Assembly: GCA_036630325.1 (NCBI GenBank)
Contig: CP142737.1
Span: 1 to 64,000, forward strand
Length of the DNA: 64,000 nt
Origin: Vairimorpha necatrix
Lineage: Eukaryota
Direction: 5' to 3'
A program made the position numbers and the translations under genes. Numbering within the stretch: the stretch's first letter is position 1; the number at the start of each line of letters is the position of its first letter. The notes beneath the pieces were generated by a model. That model was given only the letters and a program-made list of their open reading frames with translations, had not been told where the DNA came from and did not search any database. This document shows positions 15,401 to 27,991 of this stretch, in pieces.

Positions 15401-17449
15401 TAATGTTCTTTTACTTTTTTTAATGGAACATAAATAAAATATGTGCATTTTTTATAAAAATTTAATTTACAACCAAATTAATCTTAGGAAGGTTCAGTCA
15501 AAATTTCACTCTGCAATTATTAAATCCATGGTATAATATCTAATGTGAACAATAATTTGATTTAGTGTACATTTTTATAACTATTTTTAGATATGTAATC
15601 TTTTTATTTGTTTTCTTTTCTATTATATACAACGTCCTCTTATCTGTTTAAATTATGTATACTTTTGATGGTCTAATTATTTGCAAACAGAAAGTATATC
15701 TATTAGGGGGTGTAATTCAAAAATATACCAATTCAATTGTTTTTTAGATATGTTATATTTAAATGATCATTCACCCCATCTTATGAAAAATATTTTCATC
15801 TCTGAAATATTCAAAAAATATAGTATCCCAAATATAAATTTTTCATTGTTAAGATTATATAATTTTACAATAAAATGTTAACGTAATGAAATCTAAACAT
15901 ATCAAATATTAAATTGCGGATTCTTTTCTCTATTGTATGGATGTTGTACAAAAATGAATTTATTTATAATCAAAATCATAAAAAAATTATAATCTCGTTT
16001 TTTTCACTGTATATTTGTTTTATTTTTTAACTTTGTTCATTTACTATCTTATATAACTGATTATTTCTCTTCTATTTTTTTATTGTAGGTCAAAATCTCT
16101 ATAATCAGTCCTACAGAATATTAATAATAGTACATTTACACTGACATTATATTTTTAGAATATATAAGATACGTGAATTTTATTTTTTAATTTGTCTTTA
16201 ATTTTATTTTTAAATTTTTAACCATCTGTCTTGACAAAAAGAACAATAGTTTGATTGTTTACAATACTTAATTTTTATCGATTGGGTTCTTTAATATAAT
16301 TTGTTTATTCTTTTTACATATGAAATATTTTTTATATTAATAAATCGATATTTTTATAACTCAAAAACAAACATAACTTCTTATTATATATCATCAAAAA
16401 CGTTATTGTTCAATATGTTAAGTCTGTACGAATAAAATATATGAAGTAATTGATTCTGGGGTATTTTATTCTTTTATTCATAGATACATATGATTGTTGC
16501 AATAAATATGAACTTATTAAAATGATTTTTATTTCTTAGTATATTTATATTAAGTACTTGCTATGTTTATTATATCTACACATATATTAGTAAAAATTTA
16601 TAAATTTTGTTGGCATTTTAAATTTCTAGTATCATATAATTTTTATTTTATTTTATATATAGACTTCGAGGTTGATTTACGCCCTAAATAAGGAATATTG
16701 TTGTTTTCTTTTAGATTGTTCATTTCTGTGCTTTTCAATCCTTAATAATTAATCTTTCCTAGTCTTTCCCTAAAAGTGTCTTATTTAAATAAAATTCTAA
16801 TGACTAATTGGAGATATTTAAAACACAGAAAACATTTGTTATTTAAATCTTTATATGTCTTTATTACATATATATACCTGCTCATTTTGCCATATAAAGT
16901 CAATCATTTCTTCAGTCTATCGATGTGCCAGTCAATATAGCTAATCCTCAGGGCAGGCCACGTCTCAGTGTGCAAATGATTTATCACACATAGATTATTC
17001 AATTATGTAGTATTAATTGGAATCTGTTCGAAATAAAATTTTTTTTAATTATCTAAGTTCGGGTATATGATAAATTTTTCGAAAACAATGTTTTTAACAA
17101 TGTTTGTTATATAAACGATTAAACTAATTAAAGTTGTTTCTCTATTATACATACTAACTTTACTTTGTTTGCAAGCGATAGATATAATTATAATTTTTCA
17201 ATCGCAAAGAATATTAAGTCTACTTTTGAAGTTTTTACTTATAATACTGTTATTCTTAATTTTAATGATATTATTTTTGTCTTGTCGATGTTATTATCTC
17301 TTCTTAAATATATATACATATACAAATACATCTCTTTCTAATACTTAATTGGTCGTTTAAAATGTCAAGAATAATTACTTTAAAGCCTTCGTGATATAGC
17401 TAAATTCTTTTGTGATGAATTATTTTGGGGTAAATATTTTCCTCAGTTA

Positions 17450-17880
17450 TTTATCATGATTTTCTTCTTCATCTTATTACATTTGTATATATATTGTCAA
17501 GTTTGGAAAATCTAAAATTTAAATCTCTTAAATTAGAAATTATTTCATTAAGACTAATTATTTTTTCATGATTTTTTTTTCTGTCTTATTGTATATATAT
17601 ATATGTATATATAATTTTCCTCATTTATAAAATGAAAATTTCAAAACTCTAAAATTATGACATTTTTACAAAAATTTTTTCATGATTTTTATCAGCTTCT
17701 TATTTTTTAAAAATGTGTATATATACTTGTCATCAATGAAAAAAGAAAATCAAAATTATGTAATTTTAGATAATTTATTTTTTCATGATTTTATTCTTAT
17801 TCTTGATGTTTGAATATATATACTTGTCATCCTTGGAATATTAAAAATTTGGAAGTTCAAAAAACAAAATTTTGACTTTT
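17450..17880. repeat. Degenerate tandem repeat, ~4 units of ~110 bp
   Basis: Recurring tcatgatttt...tcttatt...tatatata...aaaa motif at ~17455, ~17565, ~17680 and ~17782. Confidence 0.5.
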
Positions 17881-18581
17881 AGCCTATATTTACTTTAAAA
17901 TTTCATATTCTTGGCGAGTAGAAGGGAAGATGAAATATTATACATGAACTCAAAAGAAAGAGAGTTAATTATCCAATTGATATAGGGAATTTCTAACTCT
18001 TAACTATTACCGAATACTTGCGCTGCACTATCTCCGACGTAACCATTGGGATTTGATTTGGTATTAATTTTTTTTTATACAAGCCTCTAATCGCTCATTA
18101 AATCAATAAATATATTAAAATGAAGATTTTAAAAACTCAGTGTAGATTTATCGTTTCAATCTAGTGTCGATATTATATAAAAAAATCATCTATATCTTAG
18201 ATGTGTCTTTCTCTCACACAGAACACTAAAAGCAAACTTATTAAACTTCTTTGTCTTTAATGAAATAATTGAACAGATCTCAATCTTATACTATATCTTG
18301 TTTGTATAAAAACAAACTTCATAAATTTCTACATCAAGAGTGCGATAATTGGCTTTTAGATCCCTATAGATTATACAGCCATGGTATTTTGAAACACGAA
18401 AGAACAAATTAAATGTATTAAAATTCGAATTGTTAATATATTTTAGAAATTAATAATTAATTCAAAACAAGAGATATTTTTCATATTATTTGAGGTCTAT
18501 CAATTTGCCAATTTTATTTTAGTGACGTCTGTATGTCCAACAGCATCTATTTCTACACAGCGAATATAAATTTTAATTTTA

Positions 18582-18652
18582 TTGCCATCGGGAATCGAAC
18601 CTTGGACCTTCGATATCACAAATCAAGGTGCAATTATTCTACCAAGCACACT
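18582..18652 (-). pseudogene. Degenerate tRNA-like sequence (possible His-GTG pseudogene or SINE head)
   Basis: Minus strand has a TGGTAGAAT D-loop-like motif, an anticodon arm TTGAT-TTGTGAT-ATCGA (GTG), a variable loop AGGTC and a B-box GGTTCGATTCC. Acceptor and T stems pair poorly. Confidence 0.45.
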
Positions 18653-19040
18653 TATTTAAAATTTTGTTATCCTTTAAGAAAACCAATTATATTTTCAACT
18701 TCCATTAATTTTTGATTTCTTTCTATGCATAAAGAAACATTTCATATTAGTCATATTGAAAGATCATTAAATTAAATGAATCAAATAATAGAACAATTTA
18801 CAATGTTAGTTTTATGCTTTCTTATATAAAATAAAATTATATAAGATTATCTTGATCCAAATATACCTTTCTAATATATATACATGTTATACTAAAAAAA
18901 TAATATACATTTTACACTGCAAAAACGAGTATATATCCTATATTATATACAAAATACTTTCATATGTGATCGCAAATTTTATGATGTGCTGGGATCTATT
19001 TCAATTTCTCTATTATATCTGGCAATTTTGTTATTCTTAT

Positions 19041-19140
19041 TTTCCATACCCTCTAAAACAAATGTTTTTAAATAATTTTTTCAACAAATCAAAACTGTCA
19101 TTTGTAAGAATATGTTTAATATGTATTTGATCTGCTACAA
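19041..19140 (-). repeat. Dispersed ~100-bp repeat, copy 1 (also 23096-23197 and 52478-52578)
   Basis: Shared tttccat...aaata.ttttt...aat.aaa.ctg...atttgtaagaa.atg...gtat..gat..gctac core. Confidence 0.55.
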
Positions 19141-19401
19141 CTATATATGAACTACATTCTTTTAATAATTTCGAATACAAAATTATAAAAACATATTTAT
19201 GTGATTTAACTAATATTCTTTATTGAGATTTTGTTTTTCTTAGATACTGTGATGTACATTACTACAACACATGGACAGATGTCAAAATTTTGTCAACCGT
19301 CATGAAAGGCATGTCAAGTTGGGTCACACAATCAAACGAAGCTTGCATGGATGTTACTACATTCGTAAGTACGCCAATGTTTGTGTTTAGTGTTGACAAC
19401 A

Positions 19402-19731
19402 TATAAAAGATTTATTAGGTTAATTTATGTTTAAAGTTAGATTAGCACAATTTCCCTCGGTATCGCTCACTAGATTCGGCTCTTCATAGACTTTGGTTTC
19501 TGTGGAATAATTTATGTTTTTCAACTCCAAATTTTTAGCTTCATTCTCCTATACCGACATCGCTTGTTCAACAGTCGCCATATTCGCTAGTGCTCTTACA
19601 GCTCTAACACTTCTTCTGCATAATCTTTATCGTATCTTGTTCGTCGTTCCAAAGAGATGCACTCTGGAGTTTTCTTCATCACATTAGACGGGATGTATGC
19701 TTCCAGAAATGTTTAGATTTCTGCAGAATGC
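19402..19731 (-). mobile_element. 3' fragment of REL-endonuclease LINE, interrupted by a MITE; related to 51932-52152
   Basis: After removing the MITE, the minus strand reads KSYLHSAEI*TFLEAYIPSNVMKKTPECISLERR. About 220 bp are similar to 51932-52152. Confidence 0.65.
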
Positions 19732-20596
19732 GGAGCATTTTCACTTTATCCCCCCCCCTTACCAATATAAATTAAGAATTTTTAAAAAATATCCCTTTTT
19801 TTCGAAATTCGAAGCGGAAAAAATGTGAAGGAGCAAAAGTCAAAAAAATAAAGTTGTAATAAAATAGCATATTTACCAAAAATAAAACAATTGTTTTTTC
19901 GTTTTTTTTCAATTTTTTAAAAATTTCCTTCTTCCAATTATTGATCAAGATTTATCTTTATTGTACATTGCAATGTATAACAACGAAGATCTCTATATAA
20001 ACAATATTTATAAGGTTCATTTGCTGTTATAAATGAATATTTTTCAAGAATTAAAGAATTTTCCAAACATGTAATATTTTACTTTTGGAGCTAAAATATA
20101 ACATATATTAATAAATTGACATTCTAAACGAATCAATAATTTTTAAAAGAGCATAAATATAACATTATTTTTACTTTGTTTGTCTAGAAAAACCAATAAA
20201 AACCTAAAAAACAAGACTAATAAATATACTACCAAACTAAGAATAACCAAACCTAGAATCTGTTTTAAACAACATAAACTGTGTATAAACATGTTTATCT
20301 TTAGCAAAAATTAAATGTAATGACAAAAGAAAGCAATAGGTTAAAACATATTTTTACAAATTTATACTTCTATTTAACTCATAGTTTATTAGAAATCATT
20401 ATTAAATTGGTTTAAATAATATATTTTTCATAAACTATGTTCAAATTAGATATTTCTAAGACCTTTTTTTTACTTATGTAAATTTTTCTCTGTTCCTTTC
20501 CGCTCTGGACGCTTCGACTTTTGAAAAACAGGGCTAAAAATAAAAAATTCTGTATTTATATTGGTAAGGGGGGGGGGGATAAAGTGAAAATTAGCC
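19732..20596. mobile_element. Merlin-type MITE (865 bp)
   Basis: GG...CC ends, imperfect TIRs of ~90 bp (core ttttcactttatc(n)ttaccaatataaat), and a perfect 8-bp TSD CAGAATGC at 19724-19731 and 20597-20604. Confidence 0.85.
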
Positions 20597-21215
20597 CAGA
20601 ATGCAAATAAGATTTTAAAATATTAATATATATTTACACAATAATAATATAGTTTAGAAATAATGAATTCCTAAACTTTTTAAATTTTACAACTGTAACT
20701 ATTATTATGGAAAAAATATTTAATTTTGACATTACGATTGATTTTTAGTAAAAATTTAATTAAATTTTGAATTTCTTCAAAAATGTCAAGAGAATTTAAA
20801 AAATTTAAAGGCCGTATTAAATTTCAAAAAATATTATCTGGTCATCTTTTTAATTGAGTTGTTACTCTGTAGACAAAGAAAAATTAATAATAAATTTCAA
20901 ATAAAGATCATTGAATAAAGAGTAATTAACATTTTTGTTTAGTTTTTGATTGCATAATTTTAATTAATTTATAATAAAAATTTGTTTTATTTTTGCTATA
21001 AAATCCTTTAAATTCAAAATCTACGCTCTTTTCTATACTTTGTTTATTTTAAATTTCCCTCCTAAAATATTAAATAAACTTTTTTTGTTTATGGGCAATG
21101 AGAAATCAAAGATTGGATTGGTGCATAAAAGAGATAAGATAAGTTTGGAATGACAATGAAGTTTTTGTGAAATTAATACTACTATAAATAGAGTATTATA
21201 CAATATCTAATCCAA

Positions 21216-21524
21216 GACAGTCAATTTTTTCCTGCTAGTGTAATAATTTTTATATTTTATGTTATATTCTTCTTCATCAGCAAATGATTATTATACGAAT
21301 TATATACTTCAGAAATTTGAGTAATTTTAGTTATACCAACTTCAATGGACAAGACCTTATAGCGCTTGCGCATCCCACGTGTCGCGAGAAGTTGAAAAGT
21401 TGGAATACAGATGTATACTCAAATTTCCGAAGTATTAAATTGTATAATAATCATTAGCTGATAAATAAGACCATGAGCATAAATAAAAAAAAATTACATT
21501 AACAGTGAAAAAACACGGGCTGTC
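21216..21524. repeat. Long imperfect inverted repeat (foldback)
   Basis: Core arms 21276-21342 and 21397-21462 are largely complementary. Pairing extends out to gacag/ctgtc, around a GC-rich ~55-nt centre. Confidence 0.8.
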
Positions 21525-22276
21525 ACAAGAATTGTAATTGCAGCTTTTTACTATAATTTTAAAAAAGCTCTTCCGCTACATGTGCTTTACCCAAATTTAG
21601 TCATATAATCTATTGATTGATAGACATAAGGTTTCTCCGGTTCAATATTTCTAGTCCGTAGAAAATAATGATTTTAATGATCGCATTTATACCTAATTAT
21701 TGCCAATCAAACATAAGTATGATTATTACATAATCATTTAGATGAATTTATGCGAAAACTTCTATAGATATAAGTTTACCATTATCTGAATAAATGATTC
21801 AATTATTAAAAGGGATATTAAAATTAAGATCAAAATTTTAAATATTAGGCTATTTAGAAACAGTTTTACTTAGACTAAAGGTGCAATTTTAGACATTTCG
21901 ACTATTTAAATAATTTTACTTACTAATATTATTCATAGAGCATCAGTCTGATGAATTGTGTGATATGTGTAAACAAGAATATTTTGATGATTATAGTTTT
22001 TTATTTATGATTATAAAAATTAAAATAGATAATTTATGAAAACTTTCAGACTGCTTAAAATTATTTGTGTTCCTTCTATATACTGATATAAATAAATGTG
22101 AAAATTCAAAACGTTATCATATTTAGTGTTATAACACTATACGATTAACAATGAATATTTTTAATTAGGAAATATTTATAATTATACCTATTTCTCAATT
22201 TGCTTTTAATTTAAAACAGATGTATAAGGATAAAATTTTAGAAATATCGAAAACAAATTATTAAACAAAAAAGTAT

Positions 22277-22312
<36 letters not shown>

Positions 22313-22759
22313 AGAAATAGTTATTAATGAGGTTTCTATATAAAAGATATACAAAAAATATTAGTTCAAAATGTTGAGTCCTTTTTACTTTTTTTGATCT
22401 ACTACTGATTTAATGAGTATATATTATACGATCAGATATAAAATATTTTCTCTAATAGAAAGATACTAACATAACAATCAGATATATATATATATATATA
22501 TATATTTCGTTTTAATTGAAGCTGGTCTAATCATCTCCTGAACTTGTTTGCCAATATTATCATATATCAAAAGTAAGTTTTTCTAACTTTTCCTTTATTA
22601 AAGTAATTTTGATCTCGTAAAATCATGAGATATCTTAAGATCAAGTTGTTATAACTAATTTTATAATATCCTATATAGGGTCGCGAAATTCTATGAATGA
22701 TACCATAAGATATCGTTGGAATATAGTTATATTTCGACATAAAAATAAATGAATCTAAT

Positions 22760-22940
22760 TAGGGTATGCTTATTGTAATTTATATTTATAGTTTAACAAG
22801 GATAGGTTCCGCGTTAGCGCCTCCTGCTTGTAGGTTGCTTCTTATCTTCATAGTCCTTTCCACATCAGCTTCGTATTATCTCCTTCATTAGTCCAGAGAA
22901 ATGCTTTTTAGCGTGATCATCTGGATGTTATTTAGACATA
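22760..22940 (-). mobile_element. 3' fragment of LINE, related to 12200-12420
   Basis: Nucleotide similarity to 12250-12360; minus strand reads IQMITLKSISLD. Confidence 0.5.
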
Positions 22941-23039
22941 ACATAATTTTTGTAAATATGACAATTCTTATTCAAGCTTATTTTCTTAGAAATTCTCATT
23001 AAATTATGCAAAAAATTATATATAATAAATAAAATAAGT

Positions 23040-23197
23040 ATCTTGATTTTGTAAGATGTTATTTATTTGAAATATGTCAATTTCTTTCTTCTTATTTTCC
23101 ATGCCTTCTTTTGGAAATTTTTCTAAATACTTTTTGTAGCCAATTAAATCTGCCAATTTGTAAGAATATGATTGATCAGTATTTGATTGGCTACGAT
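23040..23197 (-). pseudogene. Fragment of a decayed multicopy coding sequence (repeat copy 2)
   Basis: Open minus frame RSQSNTDQSYSYKLADLIGYKKYLEKFPKEGMENKKKEIDIF; DLIGYKKYLE is also present in the 52478-52578 copy. Confidence 0.45.
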
Positions 23198-24296
23198 AAT
23201 ATCTACATTTTTGTATAAAAATTATAATTTTTAGATAATTTCAATGTTAAATTCATATACACGTACTTATGAGATTTTGCTATAATTCTTAATAGAAATT
23301 GTGTTTATTCTCGATACATTTATATAATCGCTCTCTCGTATTAAATAAATAAAATATAAAATCTTCATGATGTTTAAATTTCGTTTTATATTATATTAAA
23401 GTGTTGTATTTTTATACAGTATTGTTTTCCAATGGGGTATTGGTTGTTTTTTATCCACGATTATATTCTTTCTAATGTACCTCGATGTATTCCAATAATA
23501 AGAATTCATCTTTAAATTAGAAAAATCATTGTTATTGATTTATACACAAATTATTTTCTGATTTGTTTAATTTAAAATCTATTTATTCTATGTGTTGATA
23601 CCGGCAATAATTATATAATTGAATGTTTTAATTACACAAAAATACTTATATAATATTTGTTACCATATAGAATATTCTATTATTTCAATACAATTAATTT
23701 CACTGCACTAATATTTATGTATATTTTTTTTGATTATAAAATTTTATTTTGTACTTATATATATATGGAGATAGATACCCTTTAAAAAAATTTAAATCAT
23801 GTATGTACAAACATTTTTATTAGAATAAAAAAAAACTTTGCAATCTATTTACATATATACATATTTTATTTTTACTAGTTTTTATGAGATGTCAATTTCT
23901 CCCTTTTTCGTGTTCATTATCTCTCTCATGACATATATACACAGAGACTTTCCATTAGCCAAAAAAATTAGAAATATTGCTGATACTTAAAGACTTGTAT
24001 ATATATTTAGATGTAATTGCAATTAAAATATAGATTGTTTCTGGGAGTTTTTAAAATATTTAATCATTATAAAAAAAATTTTTACCAATTAGTATACATT
24101 TATTAGTTTTATTCTTATGTTAGAATGTAGAATCGTGGAACGCCGACGGTTACACTAGAAACTTTTAGAATCATTCTGTTCTAAAATAATCATAATAAAG
24201 ACATACTTTGATTTACTTAAAGAAAAAATAAATCATATAATCTAATAAGTACGCATATATATACACATTTCTTGTTATCACATAAGACCGTACAAT

Positions 24297-25150
24297 TATA
24301 TGCATTTTCAGCTGTTCTTATTTTTTTCAAATTTTGCAAGATTTGTCTTCTTATATATATATACAAGAAGGAGATGGAAAAATGGCAAATTTCATAAATG
24401 CTTTAAACACAAAAAAAGATACTTAAAAAGCACTTGTATAACAATAACGTGTATTTATATGCATTTTCAGCTGTTCTTAACTTTTTCATATTTTTCAAGA
24501 TTTGTCTTTTTATATATGTACACTAGAATGAGATGGAAAAATTAACAAATTTCATAAAAGCTTTAAAAACAAAAAAAGATACTCAAGTGTCACTTATATA
24601 ACAAATATTTGTATTTATATGCATTTTCATCTGTTCTTTTTTTTCATATTTTTCAAGATTTGTCTTATTATATATGACACAAGAAGGAGATGAAAAATTA
24701 ACAAATTACATAAATGCTTTAAAAACAAATAAAGACACACAAATTTTACTTATATAACAATAATGTGAATTTATATGAATTTTCAGCAGTTCTTAATTGA
24801 TTCATATTTTTCGAGATTTGTTTTCTTATTGTATCTATATATATATATAAGAAAGAGATGAAAAATTAACAAATTCTTTAAATGGCACAAAAACATAAAA
24901 AGTCAACTAAAAGAAACTTATATAACAATTATATGAATTTATATGTAGTCTGAGATGTACTTAATTTTTTCATATTTTTCGAGATTTGTCTTCTTATATA
25001 TGTATACAGGAAGGAGATGAAAAAATAACAAATCTTTTAAATGGCTCAAAAACAAAAAAAGGCACACAAAGTTCCCTTATATACCAATAATATGTATTTA
25101 TGTAGTCTTAGATGTTCTTAATTTTACGACATTGTTATTTCCTTCTTATA
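24297..25150. repeat. Tandem satellite, ~160-bp unit, 5 full copies plus a partial
   Basis: Units start at about 24297, 24456, 24616, 24772, 24940 and 25098, sharing agatttgt...gagatgaaaaattaacaaat. Confidence 0.9.
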
Positions 25151-25743
25151 TGTTTATTAAGCTATAGTTACTTAACAATAAAAATTATTTAAAATTATTT
25201 TTCTCTTAAAAATATCATCACGAAAACCAATAATTCTTAACTCTTTTTACATATACTATACATGTTATTTTTTTTTGTTTAGAAGTAAAAATAATTTTCT
25301 TCTTCTTTCAAGTTCATTATCCTTCTTATATATACATATACATTTTTCAATTGATTTTTTAATAAGAGTATAAGTTCTGTGTACCCCAATGATTTGAATA
25401 TATTAACCAATATTCAGATAATGTATGTTTCTGTTTGTTGTTAAAATACGTTATGTTGAAGCTTTTTTAATAATTTAGCTTCATAGTGTATATAGTATAT
25501 TATTGTTTTATAATTATAATTCAAGGTTGAATTTCTATATTTACACTATTATAAATTATGGTTAATTCCTTGGCACAACTTCTTCATACATCGGTCATTT
25601 AAAAACTTAAAGAGCCTAACAAACCATAATAGATGATCTAAATATACAAAAATATAAATGAATAATAAATACTTTGCATTGCTTTGTTTTGCAGACTTTA
25701 ATTGTTTCTTAAGTTAAGAATTGGTCTTTTTCTAGATAAAAAA

Positions 25744-25772
25744 TACCTAACCTACCCTGTCTACCACCTACT
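25744..25772 (-). repeat. Short interstitial telomere-like sequence
   Basis: tacctaacctacc followed by degenerate ctaccacctact, in the same orientation as the telomere. Confidence 0.45.
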
Positions 25773-27991
25773 AAACTAAATTAGCCGTATTTCTTTCTAA
25801 ATGCATTCTCATTTGAGTTTTAAAAAAATTCCAAATAAAATTTGTCCTGAAATACGTACTTATATTATAAACAATTTCTTATTTAAAGTATCGTTTATAA
25901 TCGGATCAAAACTATAATTATTAACATTTCTAAAAGTAAGATTTAGTGTTAAATGCATAATAATTAAAAAATACTTTTCATCATATGATTGTATTCATTA
26001 ATAATGATATTATATCATTCGTTGCAATATAATTAAATGTTAGATATGTCTATCGTAGAGTTTAAATCTAATTCCTACAGAAAACTATTTGAATTATAAC
26101 AAAATAACGTATATTTTGAGTATCTAGGAAATAGGACCAAGGTAAATTTTGTAGTAAGTCATCTATACAAAGCAGAGTTATAAAAGAATTACAAAAAGTT
26201 CTACAATACTATCCTTCGATAATAAAACTTTAATAAGAATTGGTTCGGTAAGGCGATACTCAAAGAAAATAGAATCTTATGGATTCAAATGTAAGATTTG
26301 TTAGGAACTCTCAGTATACGATTTAAAAGACAAACAGATATAACATATGTAAAATATTTAATCTATTAATATATAAATGTAAATTATATTGACATATCGG
26401 ATCAAATTATTATTTTTATGAGTTTTATAGTCGTAAAGTAATGTATTATTATATTTTCAAATTAATGTATAGTTTTATTATTCCGGTAAACACAATGATT
26501 TTTAGTACATAATTTTTTTACTTTCTATAAAATGTATCTATACAATAATTCGTCATTTTGAAAATTCAAATTCTTAACAAATAAATTTTATTATAATAGA
26601 TAGCCAATTTTTGAGATTTTTTATATTTTGATTCTTTGTATATGCACAGCAACGAAAAAAGAAGGTAAGATGTATATAAATGTAAATTGTATTATCACTT
26701 TATATTTTTAGAAATTTTATTGATAAGAAAATTAATTTGTAAAAAGAATTTTATGGTATTTATATTACATTTTATATTAAGTTTTGCTGGATACATTAAA
26801 TTATCTAATAAAAAGTAGATATCTTAAATATTTATCTTTAGCATTCATTTACCTATCTAAACATACAACCAACCCTCCAAACATTGCCTACGTAAGTATC
26901 TTTTTTTTTTCTTAAACGCCTTCTTAACGAATATTAGAAATTATCAATAAAATGTATATTACACATACTATAAATTAAATTAAAGCACTTCTTTGTTTTC
27001 TACATTACTCTATATTTTAATCAGATATTTTATTGATCTATCTTAAAATGAGTCTTGAATTCATATATTTTTAATATACTGTTCATGTTCACTATGCAAT
27101 ATTCATTATTGTTAGTCCATTACAAATTTTCAATTAACATTAATATATAAATATCTATAATTTATTAAAGAATTGCAGCTTTTATTTTCATATTTGAACT
27201 AGTTTTTTTCTAAAAAATACCACTTACATGTATGGCTTAACGCTATTGAATTTGCGATTTTATGAATATTAAGATACAATATTTTGGATCTAGTATTTTC
27301 TGAACCTGGATCAGGGTGCTTAAAGCCGTGAATACAGATATATATTTTATAGGATTTTGAAAAGCCTAGGATGTGTCAGTCATCATAGTTCAAAAAAATG
27401 GTTCGGTTATATAAGAGGGAGATAAATGTATAGATTAGAATTTTAATTGAACTTTAGATAAGGTTTGTTAAATATGATCGAATTGTCACAAAAAGACAAT
27501 CAATTTTATCTAATTAAACTATATAAATCTTAATTTTACATTTCTAATATTTTTCTTGTTATTTAAATTAAATATATCAATTTCTTTTCTGAGTAACAAT
27601 TTATTTTTGTTTTGTGTTGTAATTAAATTTATAAAAAATGAAATGTTTCTTTTATTATAGATTTTCTTGTTTTATATATAATTTATACAATTATAATGGG
27701 TTTTATATAATATTACCAAATTTTAATCAAATAAATATAATATAATATATAATAGGGTTTTTGTAGATTACATTATAGTTTCTAATTCAAATTTTAAATA
27801 GATAAAATGCACAAGAAGGCGAATTATTAATTAATGTTGTAATAATAATATGGAAATAGTTGTGTGTTAATGTGATATTTATAGAAAACTATTTAAACAA
27901 AAAAAAAATAACATAATTTAACGCTTATTGTTTAAGATAATTGTACGTAAAGGGTATTATTTATAAAATATATATTCTCAACCTTCCGTGC

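Noticed and set aside
24297-25150. Regular repeats as a CRISPR-like array
   Set aside because: Whole units are homologous with no unique spacers; eukaryotic context and no cas genes.
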